A DNA stretch of 63,758 bases, counting the filler, from Folioceros fuciformis (lineage: Eukaryota), in the NCBI GenBank assembly GCA_049999805.1. It is 13 parts of 13 records of this genome, joined end to end, with 100 filler letters (N's around TTAATTAATTAA, not from the genome) between each part and the next. Parts side by side here need not be neighbours in the genome. Positions count along the whole stretch, not along the records: positions 32,030 to 37,623 come from JBNGIO010002062.1; positions 37,724 to 39,323 come from JBNGIO010002063.1; positions 39,424 to 45,702 come from JBNGIO010002065.1; positions 45,803 to 56,990 come from JBNGIO010002066.1; 9 more parts are not named here. The stretch is one strand, 5' to 3'. Position 1 is the stretch's first letter, and every line of letters starts with the position of its first letter. Under the pieces are notes generated by a model, which saw only the letters and a list, made by a program, of their open reading frames with translations, was not told the DNA's origin and ran no database searches. Below, one piece after another: positions 36,981 to 49,560 of the stretch. The translations under genes and the position numbers were made by a program.

Positions 36981-37623
36981 GTTGACAGCCACATTCAGCG
37001 GCTTGATAAGGACCTGAGGAAGTTTGAGGAGGAGCTGAGGAGAGGTTTGACATCGAAGCCAGCATTCTGAGTTCCTCTCGTTCTTACTCAGTTTCGGTTA
37101 TAACCTGTCCATCTTCTTGCGCAGAGCAAGTTCAGATTGGGGGCCAAGGAATTGCAGCAGGGTCAGAGATTCTCATGCAAGAGGAATCAGGGAGGAAAGA
37201 GTACGCACTCAAGACCACCACTTTGTTTCAAAGTGTCCATTCCCTCCTGCAGTTCTCTTTCAGCATGTCGCATCCTGCTTAATTTGCTCTCTGCAGCAGA
37301 GGGCAGTACAATGTTCCTGCTGCCCCACAAGTGGAGATGGATCTTCCAGTGCATCCAAACGAGCCAACGTACTGCTACTGCAACCAGGTCTCGTTTGGTG
37401 AAATGATAGCTTGCGACAATTCAGAGGTGCACATTCTTCCCTCCCTAGCTAAGTTTCTGACACCACTCCAGTTCTTCCCTGCCACCTCTTTCTCAATGCC
37501 TTTTACTCATCTCACTGTTGCACTTGGACATCAGTGCCCGATAGAGTGGTTCCACTTCGACTGTGTCGGCATCACTGCCCGGCCAAGAGGCAAATGGTAC
37601 TGCACCGACTGCTCTACAGTGAT
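36981..37623 (+). CDS. ING-family PHD finger protein (ING1-like), partial
   Basis: [21 protein letters not shown] and [49 protein letters not shown]. The 5' exons are unclear and the 3' end is cut by a linker. Confidence 0.8.
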
Positions 37624-37723
37624 NNNNNNNNNNNNNNNNNNNNNNNNNNNNNNNNNNNNNNNNNNNNTTAATTAATTAANNNNNNNNNNNNNNNNNNNNN
37701 NNNNNNNNNNNNNNNNNNNNNNN

Positions 37724-38740
37724 GCGGTACCTCAAGGGTACTCCTAACTATGGTCTCTGCTACAAGCCCAGTGGCAAAAGGAGTCTACAATTGACTTGCT
37801 ATGTCGATGCAGATTAGGCTTCCGATGCAGATACCCGAAAGAGTCTTTCGGCTTATTGCTTCCTTGCCGGCTCCACTATTGTGAATTGGTCTTGTAGGAA
37901 ACAAGCCTCTATATCTTTGTCCTCCACGGAATCGGAGTACAAAGCTCTCACAGAAGCCACGAAGGAGGCAGAGTGGGAAAGGAAGTTATGCGAAGACTTG
38001 GGTATGCAACAAGCAAGACCTACGCTTATTAACTGTGATAATATGTCAGCCATCGCCCTGGTTTCCAACCCTGTGTTTCACGCCCGTACTAAGCACATCG
38101 AGATTCAACATCACTATGTTAGAGATGCTGCTGAGAGGGGCTTATTGAAGATACAGTATGTGTCAATAGATGATAATACGGTTGATGTTCTGACCAAGTC
38201 TTTGCCCAAGTTTAAACATTGTTTCCACAGAGAAGGGCTTGGACTTGTAGATTGTAGTAGCTATGTGACACTACACAAATCACTCATTTGGTGAGGCTTT
38301 CCGTGTTTGTTCCAACATCTACAAAGATAACTTAACTAGAGGACTTGCTTCTGCTCTGGTCATGACTGGTGCTCTACTGCGTGAGTTGTTGTCGACGACG
38401 GACTCAGCGTCAACAGGTGCGACTAGAAGATGTGACAACCGAGTCGAAGATGGTAGCCTTCAGTGATAGTTACTTTTAGTTGTTATCTCCTTTTCTTAGT
38501 TTGGAGCTCTCAGAACGGCAACATGTCTGAGAGGGAGAGTTAGAAATAATAGCAGACCACGTTGGTTCCGTACCAATATGGTTAGTCAGCTAGACCTAGT
38601 AGTTAATATAGGTAGTTAGCTAGGCTAGCGAAAGGACACACCCCTTTGGGAGACCACCTATAAAAGCCCACCTATGAACACACTTAATTCAATTTGTTAA
38701 TATAGTATCTTTGTTTAAGACGCTTCCACATGCAATTCTA
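37724..38740 (+). mobile_element. Ty1/Copia RT end/RNase H, polypurine tract and probable 3' LTR
   Basis: RYLKGT, YVDAD*, WSCRKQ..LSSTESEY, CDNMSAI..NPVFHARTKHIEIQHHYVR. Purine tract gagagggagag at ~38528, followed by a TATA-containing segment. Confidence 0.9.
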
Positions 38741-38758
38741 ACTTAACAAGCAGAACGC

Positions 38759-39323
38759 CTACGGGCAAAGTTTGGCCCTCTGTGTACCCATAGTTCCATC
38801 AGATTGTAAGCAAAGGATGGAGTCACCTGTTTGTTTTTCATGAAAAGCACATGTCTTGTAGTCTTTAAAGCATGTCAATGCCTGGTTTTTTTGTTTGAGG
38901 AAATATATGATAGTGAATCTTGTTAGGTCATCTATGATGAGCATAAAGTACAGGTAGCATGGAGGGACCTCCTTAAGGGTCCGCACAAGTCTTAACGGAC
39001 TAATTTGAGCCGTTTGCTGGCTCTTGTTGCAGGGCCCTTCAGGAAAGGAGACCGCTGGCTCTTAGCTAGTGAGCAAGCTGAGCATATGCCAAAATCTTCA
39101 ACTCAGGTGAGTGATATGCCGTCAGCTGCTCTGGTCTTGAGCATGTTTCGCATCCGCTGCAGGTGCATGTGTCCCAATCTAGCGTGCCATAAGAAGGTCT
39201 GATTTTGTGAGTGGTTGTTGGTGTCTGCAACTAGGGATGATGGTGGTGCCCAGGGTATAGCTACATCTAGATGGTACAAGTTGAAACGTGATGACAAGCA
39301 GGCCACTCAAGTCATCCGCCAAG
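38759..39323 (-). mobile_element. Ty1/Copia GAG-pre-integrase/integrase remnant
   Basis: LWHARLGH, CSACSLAK, DLCGP, YFMLIIDDLTRFTIIYFLKQK, CLQSDG. Confidence 0.88.
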
Positions 39324-39513
39324 NNNNNNNNNNNNNNNNNNNNNNNNNNNNNNNNNNNNNNNNNNNNTTAATTAATTAANNNNNNNNNNNNNNNNNNNNN
39401 NNNNNNNNNNNNNNNNNNNNNNNGGTGGAGGAGGAGAAGGAGAAGGTGAGGCTTGCGGTGTGGCGAGCGGAGCCGGGAGAGAGGAGAGGAGGAAGGAGGA
39501 GAGGTGTGGCGAG

Positions 39514-39996
39514 ATGGCGATGGCGGCGGTGAGGAGGTTGCGGGGGCATATGGCGCCGCTGCAGCAGCAGGCGCGGTGGATGTCGAGCTCGGCGATAGCC
39601 GGCTCCAGCACCCGGAGTCGGAGCGGGTCGTGCAAGGTGGCGGATCGGACGCTGCGGCTGACGGTGGTGGATGAGGACGGGTCGCGGCATGCAGTGCAGG
39701 GGCTTACGGGCCAGACGGTGCTGAAGACGCTGGTGAGCAGCAGGCTGGTGCATCCGCAGATGCATCCGTTGGAGGACATCACGGCTTGCAGTGGCCAGTG
39801 CGAGGTGACGGTGGCTAACGAGTGGCTGCAGCGGTTGCCGCCCCGGTCTCCGGCGGAGGTCGATGTGTTGAAGGCGGCGAAGGGCGGGGGACAGGTGGAC
39901 AGGCACTCGCGTTTGGGATGCCAGCTTGTGCTCACGCCCGAGCTGGAAGGGATGGTGGTTGCCATCGCTGATGAGAAGCCCTGGAACACTTTGTAG
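39514..39996 (+). CDS. Mitochondrial 2Fe-2S ferredoxin-like protein (complex I ferredoxin, At3g07480-like), intronless
   Basis: KVADR..GLTGQTVLK..HPLEDITACSGQCEV..EWLQRLPP..HSRLGCQLVLTPELEGMVVA..KPW, with a basic transit peptide. Confidence 0.88.
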   Translation: MAMAAVRRLRGHMAPLQQQARWMSSSAIAGSSTRSRSGSCKVADRTLRLTVVDEDGSRHAVQGLTGQTVLKTLVSSRLVHPQMHPLEDITACSGQCEVTVANEWLQRLPPRSPAEVDVLKAAKGGGQVDRHSRLGCQLVLTPELEGMVVAIADEKPWNTL

Positions 39997-40915
39997 CCCT
40001 ATTCGGCTTTTTTGTTTTGCATTCGATTCTTTCACGTGTTGTAGACGGAGGAGGTTGTAGATCGCTCCGCGTCGCGGGCAAGACGTCTCCGCTTACTTAC
40101 TCTGAAAGGTGCAGTCAGGAAGGAAGGTGCAGCTGGATCTGGGAGCTGGATGGATATGCATGCAGCTTCCGATGTACGTGGATCGACTCTGATGTCCAGG
40201 GTTTGCTCAGTTGCTCTTATGCAAATTTCTGTGGTGCTTGCGTGGGCGTCAGCTTTGGTTGGGAGTTTCGTTCTCCAGGTCGGGTGTATTCTACATACCA
40301 CGGCGTAAGTAGCGGCTTGATGGTTGTGCACGCGACTGTGGTTCCAGGAATAAGTCGGCGAACTGGGATAACTGGTTGAAGACATGGTTGTGCACGTCGG
40401 GACCGAGAAATGAGCATGTTGGTGAATTGTAAAGCTGGTGATGCTCTGGCGATTACTATTCTAGTTCCGGAAACTAGTGTACATAGTCAATACAAGGTTC
40501 GACTCTCATGTGTCATCAGCAACCCAAGTGTAGTACAGAACCTTAGGATAGATAGCCTTCCACACCCTGCATCTGAAATGTTCCACTTCAGTGTACGCCA
40601 TTCTTGATCACAAAGCCTGCACGTTTGCCGATGTATATCACTTCCGCTGATCGATATGCGGGCACGTCCCTACTCGCCGGGACACAATTTGCAAGGGAGA
40701 CATTTCAGTTGTGCAGAGATATTAGACCAGCCCATTACTCGAAGCTCAATCCATTTCACCCGACGTCTCAAAGAACCCGTGCTTCATATCAACCTTTATC
40801 ACTGGCTCTTTCTCAGTTGCCTCCAAGATAATCACCACCTCAAAGAATCTATTCCACACCCAACGTAGCGAGAAAAAATTGAAGCCTCTCAACCTGAGGC
40901 GACATCCATCCTGTT

Positions 40916-42362
40916 TCACAGATTCAGAGTCCTGAAGAAAAAGGGAACCACCTCGATTACCGACCAGCCAACCCCTGCATATTGCAACAACCTGACACCC
41001 GTGTCCACATCAAATGGTTCAATCTCTTGACCTAGGAATAATCTGTTCTTGTGGCCCGATTCCTTGGCACTGGCCGGCGAAGTAGTAACCACTGTGTTCT
41101 GCTCTTTCTCAACCTGCTTAGAATGCAGAAGGGGAATATAAGAGGAAGAATAAATGGGCAGGCCGACAGATCGTGATAAGAGTGGCAGCAACCGGATGGA
41201 CAAAGCTTTCGTGATCCCTTTGACTGTCAAGATGACAGGCAAGCCCAACAGAGACCTCCTTGTGAGGACCATGAAGCCAGCCCACGTATGCAGGGGTATG
41301 GCAACAGGATCGCCACCAGTGTAGGCAAAGGCCCGATGTGAGCCACATACAACTCCCAAGACCACGCCATTAAAGGCTGTGTGGAACTCAAAACTGGGTG
41401 TCCGCAGCTGAGGAGTAGGATATGCAAACTGCAGCAGCACAGACAGCGCAGCCCAGAATAGTTGGACTGCAGCGATGCAACAAAACAACTTTTTTCAGTA
41501 CGGTGATGCAAACCTCGTCTACAATGGGCTTGCCAGGCCTTCCAGAAAACAGCCCGCATCATCCAGACTGGAACTCACCATTCTGGCCCCCGGTGATGAA
41601 GGCATCGAGAACTTGGTCCACAGATATCCAGATAAGAAGCAGCACAACTCCTAAACCAGCTCCTGCAATGATGTCAACCGGTGTATGCATCCCCAGATAA
41701 AGTCTGCCGAAGATGACCAGCACCACGATGGGCAGAAGCAGTGCCAGAACAGTCCCGAACCAGGGTGATACTGTTCCCCCCAGACTATATAGAAGATACA
41801 CCGACAGGCACAACGTATTCATGGTATGAGACGAAGGCAGCCCATACTCCATTGCAGCGTCCTTCTCAGCATGAGACGTGACATATCTTCTCACAGGTGG
41901 GGAAGGGGGTCTCGGAGCGCTCACCACATCCTTCGTAAAGTTGCCCACATACATGCACGCTGCCATGAGCAGAGTCATCTGCCTACCCAATCTGCCGTGC
42001 CCAGACTGTCACCCATCCCACCTGATGATCAGCACAAGCCAAAGGCACATACGCGCACACGAAACCTAAATCACCACAACTCAGAGTCCGAATTCTACCC
42101 AAAAAAGCAGCGGCAGGAACGCTTGGTAGAACTCCACGGAAACAACAGTCGATAGCCCGGAGAACAGGGAATCCAGAAACGGATTCTGCGTCAACTGCAA
42201 ACGCAGCAAGAAAGGTACACCCCTCTCCACCCACTTGGAAACACCAGGCTGGATGGCCCCTCGCAGCAGGCCTGTCATCTTCATCCTCCTGCACAAGACC
42301 ACCGCGGCCAGCAGAGCCACGATAGTGACAAGTTGCCACATCGGGACAGCCGCCATGACCAT
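40916..42362 (-). CDS. LPPD: Lipid phosphate phosphatase delta / sphingoid-base phosphate phosphatase
   Basis: PAP2 motifs KDVVSAPRP, EYGLPSSH and GRLYLGMHTPVD; FAYPTP..TPSFEFHTAFNG; DVDTGVRLLQYAG. Confidence 0.9.
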
Positions 42363-43362
42363 AGCTTTCCCCACAGGGGCATGTACTGCCCACAATCCAC
42401 TCATCTAGCCAAAACACGTCGTCCAATCTGCTGCTGTTTCACGACTGGAAGAAAAACATATTCCCCCGTCCGCTCCCACCGATCTGGATCAACCCCTCTC
42501 TGCTTACAATCATCCGCTACAATATCCACCTCCTTCGTGAATGCTCTGCAGAGCTTTCACCAGATGATGAGGCGCTGCTAAAAAGCTTCTGCCCATGTCC
42601 TCCCTTCTCCACAAATAAGTAGCGACACATCAGGCTCATTCCATACCATGTGCTCTCGATCAGCGGTTGTTTCCATCTACGATTCAAAGCTGGATACTAT
42701 TCATGGATTCCGGCGACAGGCCGGTGTCCCACCGTCCTGACGCCTTCTCTGCAGCCCACTTGTTGACTAATTGTACCTATATGTATGTACTTGGACCATT
42801 GACGTTAACCGCGCTTGCTCTCCACAGAAACTGCAGTTACCATAAGAAGCCATGGTACTTGTGAACCATATTCCATATTTTGTGAACCATATATGTATTC
42901 TAGATATTGCTAAAGCTGGCGACGTCGGAGCGGCTAGTTCTTCGTCCAGCTTTGAACTGCACGTGGCGGCCTCACCAGCACAGTGTTCCTGTGCAGCGTC
43001 CTCCAAGCCGACCTTTGAGATCGCAGAGACGGGACAAGGAAAAAATTTCAGCTCTGGATCACATCTGCGCTCATTTTGCTGGCACTGGATCTCTTCTTGT
43101 TCGGAACAACAGAAGAGGCTGCACACTGGACATCGTTCTCTCTGGCCTCATATGTACGTGCTTCCAGGTCTACAGCTCGGAAGCTTAGTGACTGCGTCGG
43201 AGGGAAGGGATCTCTGTCATTTTGCTTTAGGTGAGCAAACTGAGTCTGCTCAGTCTCTCATATGGGAGATGCGCACATCGGTGCCGTTGTGGAAGGCTGG
43301 CATTTTGGTAGTGCTGTGGCTAGCGTCGTAAGGCTGTTGATCGGGCGAGCAGAGGGAATTTG

Positions 43363-45267
43363 ATGGCTAGGAAGGTGATGAAGGCCTTATGGGACGGCAA
43401 ATGGTTCATGTTTGTTTTAGGCATTTGGCTGCAAAGTGTGTCCGGGGCCTCGTACGTGTTTGGTTCCTATTCCTCTGCCATTAAATCTTCTCTGAATTAT
43501 GATCAGCAGACTTTGGATCTTCTAGGGTTCTTCAAAGACATCGGAGCGAATGTGGGAAGTCATGCGGGATTTCTCTTCAACTACGTTCCAGTCTGGACTA
43601 TCTTGCTCATCGGAGCATGTCAGGGATTTTTCGGTTACTTCGCCGTGTGGCTTGCTGTCACTCACCGGATTGCACCTCCTCCGCTGTGGCTGATGTGTAT
43701 TTTCATATGCGTGGCTACGAACGCGCAACCTTTTTTTAACACGGCCGTCATTGTGACGGGTGTGGAGACCTTTCCAAGCCGACGAGGAAGCGTGATCGGG
43801 TTACAGAAGGTGAGGGATGAAGGGGAATGCTACGTTGACTAGAGAGGAGTCTTCCCGCTCTGGATGATGGTCCAATATTCTGTCCTGTGTGTGCAGGGGT
43901 ATCTGGGCCTCAGTGGAGCGATTCTTACACAGATATACCACGCTTTGTATGGCCAGCAACCCAGCTCGTTCATCTTGATGATTGCTTTCTTACCAGCTGT
44001 GATTTCTCTTCTGGCAGCAGCTAGAATTCGACCTATTGCAGGCCCTTCTGAGGACGATGAGGAGAAAACCTTCGATGTGATCTTCTGGATTGCACTAGCT
44101 TTGGCTGTCTACCTGGTGGTTGTGATTATCTTGCAGAATGCAAGCACAATGACCAGTTCCACAAGCTACTGGTTCGTTCTTGTGGGCATGGTTGTCATTC
44201 TTCTTCTTCCTTTGGCTGTTGTCATCAGATCAGAATTTGATGGAGTGAAGAAAAGCAGCGTCCATGTCGCAGTTACGCAACCGTTGTTAGAAGATGGCAT
44301 CATTGATCAGCCATCTGGCATTAATGAATGTGTTAAAGGTGTTGTTGAGACCTCAGACCTGCAGTACGAGCGTACCCCAGGGTTTCGTGGACACGATCCG
44401 GGGTCTGACGATCCACACAGGATTGCGTCCATTTCCAAAGCATCGGTCGACGATTCTGTCAACAGTGGACATACTCATCAACCCTTAAATGGATCTGCCG
44501 TCACAGAGGAATATTCTATCCTTCAGGCCTTGATAGAACCGAATTTCTGGCTGCTTTTTCTATGCATGGCATGTGCAATGGGGTCAGGGCTCACTGCCAT
44601 AGACAACCTTGGGCAGATTGGTGCTTCTCTCGGTTACAGGCAAGGTCAAATCGAAACATTCGTTGCCCTCCTGAGCATTTGGAATTTTCTAGGGCGTGCT
44701 GGGGCTGGATTTATTTCTGATCGTTGTTTGAAGCACAAAGGGGTGGCGAGGCCCGTCTTCGTAGTCATCACATTGGCCGCAATGAGTCTAGGGCACTTTG
44801 TGATAGCCTGGGGCATCCGTGGGTGCCTTCATGTGGGCTCCGTCGTCATTGGCTTGTGCTATGGAGCACAGTGGGCTCTGATGCCATTGATTACGTCAGA
44901 CATTTTCGGCTTGACGAATTTCGGTACTCTCTTCAACACCATATCTATTGCCAGCCCGCTGGGTGCATACATTTTCTCGGTTAGGGTTGCTGGTTATTTC
45001 TACGACACGGAGGCACGGAAGCAGCTCCTTGGGACCCATGTTGGAAGAAGCATTTCTACTGAAGGGCTCTTCTCGTCTGAACCCTTGTCGTGCGATGGTC
45101 CCAAGTGTTTTCGGCTGTCATTTGTCGTAATGGGTGTAATGTGCCTAGTAGGCAGCGCAGCCTCTGGTATCCTGGCTTTCCGAACTGGGAAGTTTTACAG
45201 GCGAGAGTTTGTGAAACTGCAGCTTGAACACCAAGCTAGGAGAGAGAAGGCTTTAAGGAATGAATGA
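43363..45267 (+). CDS. Nodulin-like / NFD4-like major facilitator protein, 2 exons
   Basis: FGSYSSAIKSSLNYDQQTL..FFKDIGANVG, FPSRRGSVIGLQK|GYLGLSGAI, GSGLTAIDNLGQIG, SIWNFLGR, CDGPKCF. Confidence 0.93.
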
Positions 45268-47242
45268 CGAGTATCCTGATTCACCTTCCATGCTTCTTCA
45301 TTCGATGAAGCCAAGTTCGGACCCAATTTCAGAAATCTTCCTTCGGACCAAAGCCAACTGCAACACCATTCTCCCCACACAAAGCTAATTCGTCACTCCT
45401 GCATAAATTCAAATCATTGCTCCTCCGCTTCTGGTTGGGTGATAGATCTCTGGTTGTTTGATGATAGTCATTTGTTCGAATCCATGACTTCCTTCACTTC
45501 GCACGTCAATTACTTATCCTGATAACGAACTTCTCCTGATCGGTTTATGATGAACGATAACGAATTTCTCTTCTGCAGGGTCACGAGTCTCGATCAAAGT
45601 GAGGAAATTCGTCCCCCGCTCGAGGCAAAGGCACGGCCTGACGGCGGCCAAGTTCCAGTGACGAAATCATTGACCGCCCGAGGCAAGAGCATGGCCTAAA
45701 GGNNNNNNNNNNNNNNNNNNNNNNNNNNNNNNNNNNNNNNNNNNNNTTAATTAATTAANNNNNNNNNNNNNNNNNNNNNNNNNNNNNNNNNNNNNNNNNN
45801 NNCTATAGAAGAAAGGCCAAAAGGGGGAAAGGGGGAGGACAAGGGAGCTATATGAGGAACAACCCAAATACGGTAGGGAAAGGGGGACTAGAGGAGGAAC
45901 TTACAATTCGAAGAGGGCTCTAAACACCTTTGTCGTAGTAGATCCAGCCATATTGTAAGGTGGGGTGGTTTTTCTTTATGTTTTTTACAGGCTTTTACAG
46001 AAAAAGCCACATTCAACAGGGTCCACTGCCCCTATCTAGTCTGAATCTAGACCAGAGATGCTACTTGCTACAGCAAGCTTGGCTAGTGCATCCTCTGTAT
46101 ATAGTATATTGGGTAAGCAATCATCGGAGGTGTGTTTGTCTTTCCTTTCTATGGGTAAGGTATAGGGATTGCTTGTGTTAGCTCTAGTGAGGTGGTTAAT
46201 TTTGTGTTCTAACCTAAATAATGATTTGTGTAGGTTACATATTTCAGCTTGTTTTTCCTAGTGATCAATTTCACTATGTTTGAGGAGGCTAATCTATGAC
46301 ACTTCTTAAAGTGCTGTAAGAAAGTAAATGTTTAAAATTGTCGACTTTCTAGATCTTCTAAGTGGGTTTCTATCTCAGGTAGAGAATGATTGGAGAAATG
46401 TATGCTTTGTGATGCCCTATGGAGTTTTACATTATATCCTCAGCTGTAATCTTAGCCGCATTTCCAGATTTTATCCTTTTTTGGTCAAAAACATGATATG
46501 TGTGGGCATGTGGATGCATAATTTAGGGTGTGATGGTTTGTTTCGTATAGAAGATACTTTGGAAGCCATATGTACTTACCTTGAAAAAAAAATTTGATTT
46601 GTCTAATGTTCTATTCATTGTGCATCAATCTACCGGTGCACTTCAAAAGGAATATGACTTGACAAATGTTTCCATCCAAACTAAGACTATCAACCTTGTC
46701 AAACATGACATAACCTTCCATCGGCACTTGGGATCAAGTTAGTATTGTAGATTATCTTGATTTGTTCTTGAGTCCTATATGATGTCAACATTTCGAAGCC
46801 GTTGGTCTTCATTATGTGCAAAATAATCACCCTTTACATGGGTCTAGAATTGAACCTTGAGTGGAGTTTTGGCATTTAGCCAATACTCGAGTCCAAGTTT
46901 GAAAATAAAAGAGTTTAAGAACAAGGTCTGCACCAACTGGTAGGATTCCGCTAAAATGGGCTTTGAATGAAAAATAAAACAAAAATTTCCGACATACATC
47001 CAGGATTTGGATAGTTCCAAGTCGTACATTTGAAAATTTTGCCAAAAAGCAGCATCCAAAATTCAACCTTTCCACCTCCTTAGGTAGTTTGAGTCGAAAG
47101 CGTTCGAGGGTAAAAACTCATCATATCTGGTTGCATAGAATGCCTAACCCAAGTGAGGTTTGAGACCCACTAATATTCCTCAGTCGTTGGAACTTTGTAA
47201 AGTACCTAGGTGACATAAACATATTCCCAACCTAAGAAGTTT

Positions 47243-47665
47243 GGTGAGGTGTTATTGTTAGATAACATGTTAAGGTGTGCTCGGGGTTATTCAACCATGG
47301 CAGTTAGTTTACGATGAGCAGGAGTTTGGTGAGGTGTTGTTGTTAAACAACATGTTAAGGTCTGCTCAGGATTATTCAACCATGGTGGTTAGTAAATGAG
47401 AAGCACGAGTGACATGAGGTACTTGTTGTCCATGGAAGAATAGAGTAGGAGGGGTTGATATTGGCTTACCATGGTACTTATGCTTGCCTTTTGAATCCCT
47501 ATCCAAGCATCGGTTCCTTACATAAGGACAAGCAACTGCACTCACAAATGGACAACTTGTGGGTATTGTTGTACACTGTCTGCAACTTCTTGGCGGATAT
47601 TTTGATAGCATGAGGTGACTTGGACCACCTGGTAGTTGTGATGAAGGTCACAAGGCTATAGCCTT
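47243..47665 (+). repeat. Degenerate duplicate of the PPR pseudogene segment at ~48588-48968
   Basis: Shared blocks include gttaaacaacatgtt, gatattggcttaccatggtacttatgcttgcctt, ttttgatagcatgaggtgacttgg and tgtgatgaaggtcacaaggct. Confidence 0.85.
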
Positions 47666-48010
47666 TGGGATAGTTCTCAATTTTATTTTATTTTTAAAAT
47701 ATGAGAATTTTAATTAAAATTAATTATTTTTGTAAAATTTTAATCCAGATATTTTATTTTGAATACCTAAGTGAGAAAACCTTTTTGCTTAGCTGCGTTC
47801 ATATTGGCCCTTCAAGATGTTATCCCCATTACTTATTTATATAGTATTTACATAATGATAAAGTCTTCATTGCTTTAATGTAAGGTACCAATATGTTTGG
47901 ATAAGTGATAATATGTATATATATTAAAAATATTATTTAAGTATTTTTATTGCTACACATTATATTATTACATATTATATATATGTTTGTTGGTCAGATC
48001 GTGATATCTC

Positions 48011-48094
48011 GGGGTGGTGGCGCAGTTGGCTAGCGCGTAGGTCTCATAGCTGTGAGGAATCCTGAGGTCGAGAGTTCGAGCCTCTCTCACCCCA
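48011..48094 (+). tRNA. Elongator tRNA-Met(CAT) with a 10-nt intron (48049-48058)
   Basis: GGGGTGGTGGCGCAGTTGGCTAGCGCGTAGGTCTCATA-[gctgtgagga]-ATCCTGAGGTCGAGAGTTCGAGCCTCTCTCACCCCA, with a T-run terminator at ~48107. Confidence 0.96.
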
Positions 48095-48589
48095 ATTCCG
48101 GCGCACTTTTTATGTCCTTTAGGTTGAAGGACATCGTCGAGGCGGTGACGGTAACACACACGCAGCTCAGTTCGCTTCGCTCTCTCACCCCAGAGTGTGT
48201 AAGTCGGTAGGACTTTCTGGAGAGTTTGACAATATTGCGTGTCTCTTCATACACACACGCAGTGAGCCCCGCTTCCCATTCAGGTGTCACGTTGCTCGCG
48301 TTCAACCCCTCTCAGTTGTGGTGTGGCCATACCTTGACCTATCTTCCGAGAGGGGTCCATGATTTGGTTTGTGCACAGAGATCTCACAAGGAGGTCCGGC
48401 TCACCTCACCTTAGGATTGTCAGTCCCTGGCAAATAAAGCCTCCATGTGCTCCAGGTGCAGAAGTGTAAGGAGCCCAGCGTCTCCACTTTGGTCATGTGT
48501 GGACGGGGACGGGTTTTGTAACGACTGCCGTTGCCAGGAGGAGGACCAGTCCAGGCAATAACGTTGTCCCAGCGTAAGGAGTCCGTCGA

Positions 48590-49560
48590 GGTGCTGTTGT
48601 TAAACAACATGTTTTAGTCCGCTTGGGGTTCTCCAACCAAGGTGGTTACGAGGAGCAGGAGCGACATGCAGGCTCGGACACGAGGCTCTGTTTGTCTATG
48701 GACAAACGGAGCTGGAGGGGCCGATATTGGCTTACCATGGTACTTATGCTTGCCTTGTGAAGGCCTGTGCAAGCACCGGTTCCTTACGGAAGGGCAGGCA
48801 GCTGCACTCACAAATCGTCGAAAGACAGCTTGTGGGTAACGTTGTACACTGGTGTGCAGTTACTTCCTGGCGGACATGTATGCATGGCTTTTGATAGCAT
48901 GAGGTGACTTGGGGCGCTCTGGTATCTGGGTATGGTGGTACTTGTGATGAAGGTCACAAGGCTGTAGCTCAATCGATGTTAGTTGCCGGTCTTCATCCTA
49001 ATGCCGCTACTTTTATTTGCCTTTTAGTAGCATGCAGGGACGAGGGCTTCGTCCACGCGGGTCGCAAGCACTTTGATGCCATGGCTGAACAGCATGGCAT
49101 CAAACCTACTGTCATGCATCTCAATTGTTCGGTTGACCTTCTTGGGCGTGCAAGCCATTTGGATGAGGCGGAGAAGCTGCTACTGCCATGCGAGGACCGA
49201 AGTTATGTTGTGGGATTAACGTCTTTGTTGAGTGCCTGCGAAAGCCATGGGGATATAGGGGGCAACGTGGTGTTGTGAAAGCATTGTCAGGCTGGACCCT
49301 CAGGATGCGACGGCATGTGTGCTCATGGCCAGTGCCCAGGCGGATGCAGGTAGATGGGCCGATGTTCACAGGATTGAAACACAGACAAGGGAAGGGTAGC
49401 AGGAGCTGACAAAGAAAGCTGCAGTGGCGATCGTAGAGAAGAAGAAGAAGCCGGTGCATAGATTTGTGGTGGGATAAAGGAGGTAGGATGTTTGCCCTTA
49501 AGGCACAGAGCACAAATGTAAGTTTGAAGCAGGAAGGAAGCCACGTCCCTCCCACGAAGT
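48590..49560 (+). pseudogene. PLS-E/E+ class PPR pseudogene
   Basis: TWGALVSGY, PNAATFICLLVAC, HLNCSVDLLGRASHLDEAE, SLLSACESHG and VHRFVVG, with frameshifts and stops. Confidence 0.85.

Noticed and set aside
39372-40035. Long antisense ORFs (205 and 219 aa) opposite the ferredoxin; similar shadows opposite the 3344-7165 ORF and the bZIP exon
   Set aside because: Shadow frames of GC-rich coding sequence with no motifs.
45803-47200. Probable TE-derived non-coding DNA
   Set aside because: No termini, TSD, second copy or coding motif visible to support a call.
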